A stretch of 64,000 nucleotides of DNA from Octopus vulgaris (GCA_951406725.2 OX597815.1:162192001-162256000); one strand, 5' to 3'; numbered from the stretch's first letter, positions 22,499 to 35,048 are shown. Translations and numbers: made by a program. The notes: generated by a model not told the origin, from the sequence alone.

Positions 22499-23494
22499 CA
22501 GTGGTACTTCACAGTACAAGGACAATTCAATCCATGACTGAGCTCATTTTATGATTTACTTGTTTTACAAATAAATATTCCCCATTGAAATTAATTAAGG
22601 TATTATTAATCCATTCTAGCCCCACAAAATCACCCCAAAACAATTTTTATGAGTTTTAAAATGGAAAAGGTGCAGTTACAAGGAAAATGGCAATTATAAA
22701 AACCAAATAAAAGGCCAATACAAAACAAATATGTAAACTGCTTTCATTAATTGAATTACCTTAATGATGGGGCTATTTGTGTGCGAGGAAGAGAATGGAG
22801 ATTCGAGGAGAAGGATTACTGTTTGGAATGAGAATTTCCTTCCATTAAGACTTCATGAAGAACAATTTCTGGCATTTTCTCTTTCCACCTAATTTTGGCT
22901 TTTTTCACACGTGCAGGTTGTTTCATTAGTAACATATCAAGAGAAATCTGGTTTTTCCTGCCTTTCAAAATGTTATGAAAATGCGTCAGAGCAGTGACAT
23001 TAAATAAAGCAGCTGCATGACCCATAGATACATTTTCAAGATGATTTTATTCTACAAATTCAGAAGCATACTTCCACTTTACCAACATTGCCTTTATGTT
23101 ACTCATAGAGATAGCCTTCTCCACTACACTGTCCTCCTCCAGGAACCAACCTCTTCCACTGCGTCCAAATGCTACTGTTACTGAGGCTGCAGGTGTTCAT
23201 CTATCGTCAGCTCCCCTGAGTGTTCCTCAATGAGATCGTTAATGTTCCCATCATCAACCTCAAGGCCATAACCTTGCCAAGAGACACTATCTCCTTGACT
23301 ATAGGTTCTCAGACTCAATCTCCTCAAAGTTTCTTTCAGATATGCAGTCAGGCCTCAGTTTTCTCAGTCGCTTGTATGAAATTCTCTTGTACTGCAGATT
23401 TCTGCTTGTACTTCAAGACAAAAATTGACAGGAGCCTCAGCTCATACAGCAAATTACTCAAACAACGGTGCCCTCATACTGTGAGGTTCTACTG
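22499..23494 (-). mobile_element. Internally deleted Tigger/pogo-like DNA transposon
   Basis: TA-flanked TIRs CAGTGGTACTTCACAGTACAAGG and CAGTAGAACCTCACAGTATGAGG (18/23). Minus strand gives IVKEIVSLGKVM.LEVDDGNINDLIEEHSGELT and ALFNVTALTHFHNILKGRKNQISLDML, like the TIGD1/Tigger C-terminus. Confidence 0.85.
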
Positions 23495-25599
23495 TAATTG
23501 CTTATTTATAATCTACACAATTTGAAGTAAAATTTAGGAAGTTATTTGCAATAAACCATAAATTATAAACTACCTTGACATAAAATCATTAAAGTCAGAC
23601 AGAAAGATAGGCTGGACACTCAATAATTAATTGAAGTTGACTGCTATAGTATCAGCCAAGTGCTAATATGCATTGAATTTTTCTGGTTGTGTGCCTATGT
23701 TACAGGTTATTATTACAAGGGTGAACGTGGGCAAGCTGGCAGAATTGTTAGCATGTTGGCCAAAATGCTTAAGGCATTTCTTCTGGCTTTACATTCTGAA
23801 TTCAAATTCTGGTGAGGTCAACTTTGCCTTTCATCCTTTAGGGTCAATAAAATAAGAACCAGTTGAGTACTAGACTGGGTAAGGAGATCAACGTAATTAA
23901 CTGATTCCTTCTCTTCCTACCTCTTTAATACTTCAGGACTTGAGCCTGTTGTGGAAAGAATTACTAGAAGGGTGAGTGATAGTTTGGGAATTAACTCATA
24001 GAACATGGAATAAAATAGTTTGTGACACTGAGATTTGTTCCTTTTAAGTTTCTCTCATCACATCAAATTTGTCTGTCATCCGTTCAGTGTCAATAAAATA
24101 AATCAAATTATTGGATACAAAATTACTCTACTCATAAAGTTTGTAGTTGTATGTCTGTTAGAAAACATTATTATTGTTTTTCATCCTTTCAGGGTCAATG
24201 AAATAAGAAACCGTGGAGCACTGGTGTTGCTGTAATTGACTAATTCACTACCCCACCTAAAATTTAAGCCTTGTGCCTGTACTGGAAAGGATTATTGCTA
24301 TTACCAGTAAAGGTATTTCAGCATTCAAATCATCATCATCGTTTAATGTCCACTTTCCATGCTAGCATGGGTTGGATGATTTGACTGAGGACTGGTGAAC
24401 CAGATGGCCGCACCAGGCTCCAATCTGATCAAATGTTTATTTTTTGTTGGACAAAATATGTATATGTGTATACATATTCTCTCTCTCTCTCACACACACA
24501 CCGCACAAACGCACATGCATAAATATATATACACACATATATATATTCTGTGTATGTATCTCTTTTAGTCATTTGACTCCGGCCATGACGAAGCACCACC
24601 TTTAGTCAAGCAAATCGATCCTGGGACTTATTCTTTGTAAGCCTAGTACTTATTCTATTGATCTCTTTTGCTGGACCACTAAGTTACGGGGATGTAAACA
24701 CACCAGTATCAGTTGCCAAGCGATGTTGGGGGGGACAAACACAGGCACACACACATATATATATACATATACATATATATGACAGGCTTCTTTCAGTTTC
24801 CGTCTACAAAATCCATTCACAATGCTTTGGTTGGCCTGAGGCTATATAGTAGGAGACACTTGCCCAAGATTCCATGCAGTGGGACTGAACCCGGAACCAT
24901 GTGGCTGGTAAGTAAGCTACTTACCACACAGCCACTCCTGCGCCTATTATATATTATGTTTATATATAAAGAGGATGTTCAGGTGAAGGAAAAGAAAGCA
25001 CAATATCCTGTCCCAAAATATAAGTATTATATCATCATCATCATCACTGTTTAACATCTGTCTTCCATGCTGGCATGGGTTGAACAGTTTGACAGTAGCC
25101 AGACAGGTAGAAGACTACATCAGGCTTCTGTGCCTGTTTTAGCATGGTTTTTATGGCTAGATGCCCTTCTTAACACCAATCACTCTGCAGACAGGACTGA
25201 GTAGTTTTTATGTTGCACCAGCACAAGTGAAACCAATTTTGGTATGGTTTTTATAGCTGTATGCCCTTCCAAATGCCAACCACTTCGCAGTGTGGACTGA
25301 ATGCTTTTTGCATGTCACCAGCACTGGCTGGGTTACTAAGTAACTCTACTATAGCCTCGGGCTGACCAAAGCCTTGTGAGGGGATTTGGTAGACAGAAAC
25401 TGAAGGAAGCCCGTCATGTATATATACGTGTGTGTCTTTGTGTCTGTGATTGTCCCCCACCATTGCTTGAAAATCGATGGTGTGTTTACAACCCCATAAC
25501 TTAACGGTTCAGTAAAAGAGATCAATAGAATAAGTGCTAGGTTTACAAAGAATAAGTCCTGGGGTCGATTTCTTGAACTAAAAAATCATTTAAGGTGGT

Positions 25600-26089
25600 A
25601 CAGTTCTATATTTAAGAGATGAGGAATTATGTACATTATTTACATTAGACGATATTTATCCTCATCTTGTTTGTTGTTAACACATTTTGGCTGATATACC
25701 CTCCAGCCTTCATCAGGTGTCTTGGGAAAATTTCGAACTTGTGTTTGCATTCCTAAGGTATTTTTTGATGTTATTATTATCATTATCATTGTTCAGGTCA
25801 CTGCTTGTAATCGAACTCAGAATCTTGGGGTTAGTAGCCTGCGCTCTTAACCACTATGCCATATGCCCGTGGTATAATGGCGTAGTGGTTAAGAGTGCGG
25901 GCTACTAACCCCAAGATTCAGAGCAGTGACCAGAACAATAATAATAACACCAAAAAAACCTTGGGAATGCAAACCCAAGTTCGAAATTTTCCCAAGACAC
26001 CTGAAGAAGGCTGGAGAGTATATCAGCCAAAAGGTTGTGTTAACAGCAAACAAGATGAGGACAAATATCCGTTGAATGTAAATAATATA
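25600..26089. mobile_element. Inverted pair of tRNA-headed hammerhead-containing element (locus 2), nested in a family A SINE
   Basis: Minus copy 25600-25868 is complete and tailed; plus copy about 25870-26089 is untailed. TSD CATTTAAGGTGGT at 25587-25599 and 26090-26102. The host SINE resumes after the TSD. Confidence 0.9.
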
Positions 26090-26299
26090 CATTTAAGGTG
26101 GTGTCGAGCATGGCCACAGTCAAATGACTGAAACAAGTAAAGGAGTAAAAGAATATGCAAAAATTATGGCTGTGTGGTAAGTAGCTTGCTTACTAACCAC
26201 ATAGTTTTGGGTTCAGTCCCACTGTGTGGCACCATGGGCAAGTGTAGTTGAGGAGAAGTTAGATGACACGGATGACATTAAAGTTGTAGTTGAGAGAAG

Positions 26300-26671
26300 T
26301 AAGATAACAAGTTAGATGTAATAAATGACATCTGAACAATGCAAAAGAGTTATCTGTATCATGATGATTCACATCAAGCATCAAAATGCTGACATCTCTG
26401 CTTGCAACACCAAGGCCAAGCTGGTAGTCATGATCAAGGAGATGTCCAAAGATCTTCTTAGGAACACGGTGAGGAATCCATATGCCAGTTTCTGGGGGTC
26501 AGCTTGGGGACATGGTGGAAGCTGAGGATAATTACATTGAGTAAACTGTTATCTCTTGACTGTAATCTAGTAGATATTTTTGGGATTTTCTAAAAAATAC
26601 TTCTATTTCTGGAAAGGATATTGTTTTCGTTTCCTCTTATGCAAATTGTCAAGTTTACCTAGAACATCCTG
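26300..26671 (+). mobile_element. Deleted Tc1/mariner-superfamily remnant
   Basis: CNTKAKLVVMIKEMSKDLLRNTVR...VEAEDNYIE* resembles a transposase C-terminus; ends GAACATCCTG-TA. Left TIR not found. Confidence 0.5.
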
Positions 26672-26713
26672 TACACCCACACACATATACATATATATAT
26701 ATATATATATACC

Positions 26714-27240
26714 TGTGACACTTGTGAAGACCTGTTGAGGCAAGTGAAAATCAAAACAAATCAAAATAGATGAACATGAACATCAATGGAATTTGTATCC
26801 TTGTGGCACGGTGGCACACAAAGAAAACCATCCGAACGTGGCCGTAGCCAGTACCGCATCGACTGGCCTCCGTGCTGTGGGCACGTAACAAGCACCATCC
26901 GATCGTGGCCGTTTTGCCAGCCTCATCTGGCACCTGTGTCGGTGGCACATAAAAACACCATCCGAGCGTGGCCGTCTGCCAGCCTCGTCTGGCACCTGTG
27001 TCGGTGGCACATGAAAACACCATCCGAGCGTGGCCGTTTGCCAGCCTCGTCTGGCACCTGTGTCGGTGGCACATAAAATCACCCACTACACTCTCGGAGT
27101 GGTTGGCGTTAGGAAGGGCATCCAGCTGTAGAAACACTGCCAGATCTGACTGGACTGGTGCAGCTTTCGGGCTCCCCAGACCCAGTTGAACCGTCCAACC
27201 CATGCTAGCATGGAAAGCGGACGTTAAATGATGATGATGA

Positions 27241-27243
<3 letters not shown>
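26714..27243 (+). mobile_element. Young RTE 3' UTR copy with about 62-bp internal tandem repeats
   Basis: Unit CACCATCCGAGCGTGGCCGTCTGCCAGCCTCGTCTGGCACCTGTGTCGGTGGCACATAAAAA, (GAT)n tail. Nearly identical to 62577-63112. Confidence 0.9.
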
Positions 27244-27300
<57 letters not shown>

Positions 27301-27899
27301 TATATATATCATCTCTTTGAGTTCTCTGCTAAACCAATAATATATTCAAGTTGTGTCTAGGAATTGTCTATGAATACCCATTAAAATTAATGCACCCTTC
27401 CTCTATTAGCTCTAACAGTTTCTGTTCCTTCGTGAGTAATTTAATACCCAAGGGGCACAATAATTGGTTAATCTGAAGTTTTCATTTTTATGTTTGCCTT
27501 TCTTGTGTCTGTTTTATATATTTGCTTTTCTTATGTCTGTTTATCCATGTTTGCATGGGTTAGAGGAACACTTTATTGAGGTATTGTTTTACATATTTTA
27601 TGCCCACCCTGGATGCTCTTCCTGTTGCTGACACTAGTTTATCTATAATTTTTTTTTTTTTTTTTAATAAGGGCTCTCTTGTGTCTTCCAAAGAATAAAT
27701 GCAATGGGTTCCTGACAGGGAAACGACCAACAGTGGTACTGCTTATAGCTCAGCCATTTTCAATCATTAGATTGCGACCATGCTGGGGCACTGCCTTGAA
27801 GAATTTTCATTTGAACTAATTGACTCTAGTACTTTTTTTTTTTTCACTAATGCCAAAACAAAATGTATTTTTTGACCAAAAACATCCACCAGAAAGAAT

Positions 27900-28400
27900 A
27901 AGATGCCATCAAAATTATAACCAATCAAAAATTAGATCCTTTCACGTAATAACATAGGTGTTTGCATATGGGTATTTTCCTGGTTATGGGATCCCGGATT
28001 TGTTGCTTGTGTACTGTTAGTCTGCCCCTCAAGGTTAAGCCAGTCATGGTGGTTGAAGAGTTTGTAACACTTGTAGCCTCTGGATAAGTGTTTCTTAATT
28101 AACAACAGGAAGTCCCTAGCTACATTGGTGGAAATTTCTAGGTTGAAAGTGGAGTTATACCATATAATTTTCCTTTTTCTAGGTCCTTTTGGGAAGTTTG
28201 TAATACTTGTAGCCTCTGGATAAGTGTTTCTTAATTAACAACAGGAAGTCCCTAGCTACATTGGTGGAAATTTCTAGGTTGAAAGTGGGGTTATACCATA
28301 TAATTTTCCTTTTTCTAGGTCCTTTTGGGAGTGAGGAGAGGGTGTTTGGGGATTGTCCTCGTATGTGAGCTTCTCAGTAAACCCACTCCTTGTCAAAGCA
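27900..28400 (-). mobile_element. Penelope-like element pol fragment with a 136-bp tandem duplication
   Basis: Minus strand reads RKRKIIWYNPTFNLEISTNVARDFLLLIKKHLSRGYKYYKL(FN), the PLE RT-to-GIY-YIG linker motif. Units 28059-28194 and 28195-28330. Confidence 0.75.
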
Positions 28401-28987
28401 TTGTATATATATATATATATATATCTTTGATAGTTTCAGAAATTTATTTACAAGGTTTTGGCTGGCCAAGGGATGTAATAGAAGACACATACCTTGCCTA
28501 AAGTGCTACACAGTGAGATTGAAACCAGACCCAATTGGTTGAGGAAGAAAGTTTCTTAACCACACAGCCAAGCTTGCTCTTATTGCGGTAGGGATTAATT
28601 TTCGCTTCAAAGTTTCCCATAATGGCAATGTGTGTAATAACCATTCAATTACTGAAATAAAAGCTGACTCATTAATTCTGTTGCTGAACACCGAAGATGG
28701 GTGCAATACAGACAAGATATAAGCATTTCTTGCCAGAAACAAAATGCTTTCTCCAAGACTAATAACTCTATGGAACACCAATGTTATTTTGGGGCAGATA
28801 TATTATAACCCTATTTGTTTTTCTTGTCTTACATACGATCAACTGATTTTACATTTATGTATCTAATATGCAGAAGAGATATGAAGGTGTCTGAGGATTT
28901 GGGTAGTTTCTGTTAAAGTTATTACATTAGGATAATATTCTTGTTATAGTTGCAAAAAGTCTAATTGTCTAATGTTTGTGTGTGTGC

Positions 28988-29020
<33 letters not shown>

Positions 29021-29038
29021 TGTATGTATGTATGTATG

Positions 29039-29077
<39 letters not shown>

Positions 29078-29265
29078 TTGTAGTATGTATTTGCATGTGG
29101 TGTGTATGTGTATGTATGCATGTGTATACACATACACTATTAAATTAGTATCTAATTCTCTCACCCTTATTAATTAATTAAATAAATGCATACATATTAA
29201 TCGATCTATCTTTCTCTCTACATATGTATGTGTGTGCATATAAATATATACATCTCTCTCTCTCT

Positions 29266-29340
<75 letters not shown>

Positions 29341-29367
29341 CACACACATATATATATATATATATAT

Positions 29368-30153
29368 AGTGCCAATCCCTAGCAGTTGAGGGAACCCGTG
29401 GAAGAGGTAGACCCAGGAAAACCTGGGACGAAGTGGTGAAGCACGACCTTCGGACGTTAGGTCTCACCATGGAAATGACTAGAGACCGAGACCTATGGAA
29501 GTATGCTGTGCGTGAGAAGACCCGGCAAGACTAGTGAAGCCATAATCCGTGGCCCCTACCTGGGACGTAGTCAGTCCACCTGTGCATACCTTCCTTCTTG
29601 TGACACTTGTGAAGACCTGTTGAGGCAAGTGAGAATCGAATCGAATCAAATCAAATCGAACCAAATCAAAATAGATGAACATCAATGGAATTTGTATCCT
29701 TGTGGTAAATTAGTGCCGGTGGCACATAAGAAAACCATCCAAACGTGATCGTAGCCAGTACCGCAACGACTGGCCTCCGTGCTGAGGGCACGTAACAAAC
29801 ACCATCCGAGCGTGGCCGTCCGCCAGCCCCGTCTGGCACCTGTGTCGGTGACACATAAGAAAACACCATCCGAGCGTGGCCGTCAGCCAGCCTCGTCTGG
29901 CACCTGTGTCGGTGGCACATAAAAAACACCATCCGAGCGTGGCCGTCTGCCAGCCTCGTCTGGCACCTGTGTCGGTGGCACATAAAATCACCCACTACAC
30001 TCTCGGAGTGGTTGGCGTTAGGAAGGGCATCCAGCTGTAGAAACACTGCCAGATCTGACTGGCCTGGTGCAGCCTTCGGGCTTGCCAGACCCCAGTTGAA
30101 CCGTCCAACCCATGCTAGCATGGAAAGCGGACGTTAAACGATGATGATGATGA

Positions 30154-30156
<3 letters not shown>
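29368..30156 (+). mobile_element. 5'-truncated RTE LINE (ORF C-terminus and 3' UTR)
   Basis: 29370-29534 encodes [32 protein letters not shown]...*; tandem 62-bp units and (GAT)n tail follow. Confidence 0.92.
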
Positions 30157-30202
<46 letters not shown>

Positions 30203-30203
<1 letters not shown>

Positions 30204-30586
30204 TAGCAGTATCGCCCGGCGTTGCTCAGGTTTGTAATGGAAATAACTATAAAGCATTTTTAGAGAGTTATAGCCAAAAAATAGCCAAAAAATGGAAAAA
30301 AATTATGGTAAATTTTTTTTTGAGATTTAAAAAAGGTGGAGTTGCGTCCCCTAGACAGTTTGTGGTTCGTGTTTCTGATTCTCGACCCCATGTCGAATTT
30401 ATCGATTTTTTTCAGAACTGGTGGAACTTTTCAAAATTTTCGCTGCGTTAGTTTTGAATTATGACATTGGGCTATGTGTGTGTCAAGTTTCATCAGAATC
30501 GGTTGAAAGCCGTGGTCAGGGTGAGGGTACAAGCAAACAGACACACAGAAACATGCACAGACAAACTGCCGTTTATATATAGAGAG

Positions 30587-30587
<1 letters not shown>
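30203..30587 (-). mobile_element. Non-autonomous Helitron-like element
   Basis: Minus strand starts TCTCTCTATATATAAA and ends with a GC hairpin (GAGCAACGCCGGGCG) then CTAG. Inserted between A and T, no TSD. Confidence 0.75.
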
Positions 30588-30618
<31 letters not shown>

Positions 30619-31337
30619 CTTTCTGGGATATGTAACACACTGTAAAAATCTGTAAAACTTTATGAAGTTTATCATTTAAGTATATATGAGCATGTCTAGA
30701 TATGTAACTATATGCATGAGAAGACATACATAAAACAAAACATACAAATCTGCACATATACACACATACCACACAAAAATAAATACCCTGTTGTTGATGT
30801 TGAAATTCCAATGAAGGAGCTTTGGATCTAGGTTAGAAACCAGCTCTTTCTCTATAGGCATTAAATCTTGAAATAAAACTGCATAATGATACTCACACAC
30901 ACACACATTATGTATGTGCATCTTTTTGCCAGTGTTTGTCCCCCACCACAGCTTGACAACTGGTGTTGGGTTGTTTGTGTCCTTGCACTTAGCAGTTTGG
31001 CTGGTAGAGTAAGCATCAGACTAAAAAATTAACTATTGGGGTCAATTTATTTGACTAAAACCCTTCAAGGTCGTGTATCAGCAACTCCACAGCCTAATGA
31101 CTGAAAAGAGTAAAAGATAAAAGAAATACACCCACACACATATAATCAGCTGAAATTGCGAGGATGATCCGGTTCTTGACTGAAGATAAAAGGCTTCGAA
31201 TGACCCTCCGTGTTTTTTTGTATCGTCTATCTGGATGTTTTGTTGTCCCCTTTTGTATCACATAGTTGTCCGGATGTTTTGCATTCTTGTCCTATTTTGT
31301 ATTTTATTATGTATATATATATAGCGGCATACTTTGT

Positions 31338-31370
<33 letters not shown>

Positions 31371-31407
31371 GGGTGCAAGCCTGTTTGTGTGGTTAAAAGC
31401 TTGCTTC

Positions 31408-33092
31408 TGGTATATCATTTGTTAGTTGAATTATTGTCTTTGTGTGTAACACACGTGTTTTTTTACTGTTTTAGCGGTGCGATGTTTACCCTCTTGTTTA
31501 ATGGAAGGGGCGTCATGCGATGAGTTGTGAAGATTTGAATTATTCTTCTTCAGACTTTGTGTCATCTGAGAAAGAAATGGTAAAATGTTTAAAGAAAACT
31601 AATGAAGTAATGGAAACAAGGAATTATGCTGCAGCAACAAAAGGGAAAATGGAAGACATATGTCTAAAAGAATTGAGCAAGTTCAAGGAAATACTCAAAA
31701 AGGAGGGGAATGATGTGAAAGTGTCCCCCCCTCCAAAGAAGTGTTAAAGGATAAGAATGAGAGGACAATTGTTTACAGGACATACGCAGTGGTAACAAGA
31801 AAAATAGAAGTAGTGTCAGACGCACATGTTGAAAAGGCACTGAGACCAGTCTGGCAAGAGATTTCATACCTTGCCAAGGGAAGAAAGTACAGAATGGTGG
31901 AGGTGCAGTTTCGAGATATAGCTACTGCCAAATTGCACTCAGCTACACCATTAAAAACTGAAGAAGTGGTGCTTCTACCCATATATCTTGGAAGACATGC
32001 TTCCAGGGTTAGGGTAGAAGAAATACTCCCAGAAGTGAATGTAGCCTGGTTGGTGGCTGCTATACTGCCAGGCATGGAAGAAAAGGCCACCAGAACACCC
32101 TGCAGAAACTGGCAAGGGCAGAATCTGGATATGGTGGTACAGGTTGCACCAGATGATATTGAAAGTATGGTGGAGACAATTACAGTTACAGACATGACAC
32201 TGAAAGTCAAAGTGGAAGGGAGGATTCTGTGGTGCTATAAATGTGGCCTGAAAGGCCACATTAGTGTGGATTGTCCTCCACCACCTGTGAAGGCTAAGGA
32301 AAGGCAAGAGAGTGAGAAAGTGGTTGGTGCTCCACTGCTCATGGAGGATGAAGAAAAGCACAAGAAGGAGAGTGAAGCAACATCACAGACAAAGACCAGT
32401 ACCTGAATCAAGTAAGAGGAGGTGAACACTAGCTGGGAAACGGAGGGAAAAGAGAGAAGGAAAGGACACTTGTGGTAAAGGACGATCCCCCAACTCACAC
32501 CCACCTGGCTCCCGCCCGCACCCATTCTACCTCAACCACTCCCTACAGACACCAACCCTCCCCATACCCTGCCAGACATAAACACAAGTGTAAACACACA
32601 GGAGCCCCAAATTTCCCCACCTTGGCCCTTGGATAAATTTGTTATATTGTATAATAGGAAAAAAGAACTTTACAATGAGATAAAGACATGGGACAAAGTA
32701 ATAGAAGTGGGTGTAATAAGGGTAGTGGGGTTGCCTGGGGACGTTTGGTGTGCAGTGGCGGACCCGGAATAATGATTAACGAATTACGAGGAAGATGTCA
32801 ACTTTGCCTGGTGGGTCAAGAAAATGGACATCATTGCAATGCCAAAAAAGGTTATTATAAATTTATATAGCCATTTTTCAAAAAAAAAAATGAGAATTTG
32901 CCGTTACAAATGGTACTGTTAATGTTATTTTAAAAAAAGTTGTATTAATAGGTTTAATGAAGTCGCTCGGAGGTGGGGTCAAATGGCTTCATTTCATCTT
33001 TCATTATATTTAAATTCATCCTTTCCATTCGTTTTTTTTTGTTTTTTGTCCCCTTTATGTATGGCCTTCATGGCCAACTTCATAAAATAAAG
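31408..33092 (+). mobile_element. ORF1-only non-LTR element (L1/Tx1-like, HAL1-type) inserted in a family A SINE head
   Basis: TSD AAGCTTGCTTC at 31397-31407 and 33093-33103. SINE head lies to the left and the rest of the SINE at 33104-33455. 3' end has a TGGCC..GGCCA hairpin and AATAAA. No RT visible. Confidence 0.75.
31520..32772 (+). pseudogene. Gag-like ORF1p with CCHC zinc knuckle, frameshifted
   Basis: 31520-31747 (..RNYAAATKG..) frameshifts into 31741-32406, which has CYKCGLKGHISVDC. A broken Pro-rich extension (PQLTPTWLPPAPILPQ...KFVILYNRKKELY) follows. Confidence 0.8.
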
Positions 33093-33967
33093 AAGCTTGC
33101 TTCCCAACCACATGGTTCTAGACTCAGTTTCACTGTGACACCTTAGGCAAATGTTTTCTACTATAGCCTTGGGCTGACCAAAGCCTCGAGTGGATTTGGT
33201 TGACGGAAACTGAAGGAAGCCCGTCGTATATATATGTGTGTGTGTCTGTTTGTCCCCCCCCCCCCCCACACACCACCGCTTAACAACCGGTGTTGGTGTG
33301 TTTACGTCCCCGTAACTTAGCAATTCGGCAAGAGCGACCGATAGAATATGTACTAGACTTTAAAAAAAAAGTCTTCGGGTCGATTCATTCACCTAAAATT
33401 TCTTCAAGGCGGTGCCCCAGCATGGCCGTAGTTTAATGACTGAAACATGTAAAAGATATGTCTATGTATGTGTGGGTGTACACACACACACACACACAAA
33501 TTCTTACTACGGATTGGTTGTTTGCGTGGGCTACGTCATTACCGGGAACGAAACAGGAACATATTCTAATTTCACTTGCACGATAGTTAAAAATGGTCAC
33601 GTTCAATTTAATCACGTTTCTTTACTAATACCAGGAATACAGTCATAAGTGACATAACAGTTTTTGTCGAGAATAAATTTATTCGTCTGTTAAAAACGAT
33701 AATAAGGAAATGTAATTTACATAAATATAATGATTTATTGTTATTTTTTTTTTATGTCCTTGAAAACGGTTATCAGTCAAGACGTATTTTCATTTTCACT
33801 CCGGTATAAACGTGAAGACTCGTGCTTTTTCTTGAAATCAATATTTCGGAGAATGTACACACACACATAAATATATATACATACATATAATGTATTATAT
33901 ATATGTAATGTATGTATGCATGTGGTGTGTGTGCGTATGTTATATGTATATATATATATATATATAC

Positions 33968-33998
<31 letters not shown>

Positions 33999-34016
33999 TG
34001 TATGTATGTATGTATG

Positions 34017-34055
<39 letters not shown>

Positions 34056-34904
34056 TATATACACATGTATGTATGTGTTTACTTTTGAAGTGTATCTCTA
34101 CAGATTTTCTATTGACTCATGTACCTTTATACTTGACAGTATATTAAGGTTGTTAAACGAAATACGAAGTCCCTACCAATATATATAAATATATATTGTA
34201 AAACAAAAGTAGGTATTGCTGTATAATATGATACATCCCAGTAATATTCCAAATTGATTTAATGGTCTTCAGATAAAATATCCCGCACTAAAATATGATA
34301 CATTAATTAAACAAAAAGCTGGTCTTATTGTGGAAGTTAGAAATCAACAATTACTTTCTAATACTTAGTAATTAGTCCATCTTAATTTTCAATATATCTT
34401 CGACAGGCAACTGAAAGTGAATTTTCGGTTGAAGTTATTTTACTTCCCATGTGTGGTTCTTAAAATTTTCTTGTAATTAAATCAACAATCACATCTCTTC
34501 CACCCCATATGTCATATATCCGATGTATTGTAGCTCAAAATTTATCTATAAATATATTTATATATATATATTTCAATAGCATAGAAGTTATTTTTAGTAT
34601 AAGTAGAAAACTACAAAACTATTTCTTTGTTAATTCTGCTATATTACTGTACTTATTTTATCGACCCCAGATGAATGAAATGCAATCGAACTTAACAGGA
34701 TATGATCAGGGAAATATCCAAAAATTTTCCAACTTGACTAAACACAACAAAGATTAATTGTTCGTTGCTCTATTGTATTTGACAAATTTAAGCTCCTCGT
34801 TCTCAGGCGTATAAAATTAAAATAAGAAAGTATTGAAGCCTAAACAAGACAGATAGGAGATAGAAAGAAGAAAACAATTTAGCAACGACGAATTTTTGTG
34901 TAAC

Positions 34905-35048
34905 GAAGTTGTTGATTGGTCAATCAGAATTATTCATCTGCTTTCATCATCAACGAGGTCAACGGTCATCTGATGCTAGCTGATTGGTCGCTTCAAGCGA
35001 GCTGCTGCTGCTGTTGCAAAGCGAGGTTAAAGGTAAAACATAGCAAAA
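34905..35048 (+). promoter_or_regulatory. Putative ELL promoter / 5' UTR
   Basis: Two inverted CCAAT boxes (ATTGG at 34915-34919 and 34983-34987). A YY1-like AAAATGGCCGC overlaps the start codon. Confidence 0.55.

Noticed and set aside
22755-23025. Minus-strand ORF with a downstream donor-like AG|GTAAT as a host exon
   Set aside because: It lies inside the Tigger-like TIRs and encodes the transposase C-terminus.
25797-25930. Functional tRNA genes (also other SINE heads)
   Set aside because: Acceptor stems pair poorly, one copy lacks the B box, and all are fused to repeat bodies; they are SINE heads.
26890-27080. 62-bp (and 184-bp) periodic arrays resembling CRISPR
   Set aside because: No unique spacers, no cas genes, eukaryotic context; these are tandem repeats inside retroelements.
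26751-27203. Recurrent 100-156 aa ORFs (also 29666-30121, 58845-59186, 62607-63077)
   Set aside because: Antisense readings of the RTE 3' UTR tandem repeats, downstream of the real ORF stop at 29534.
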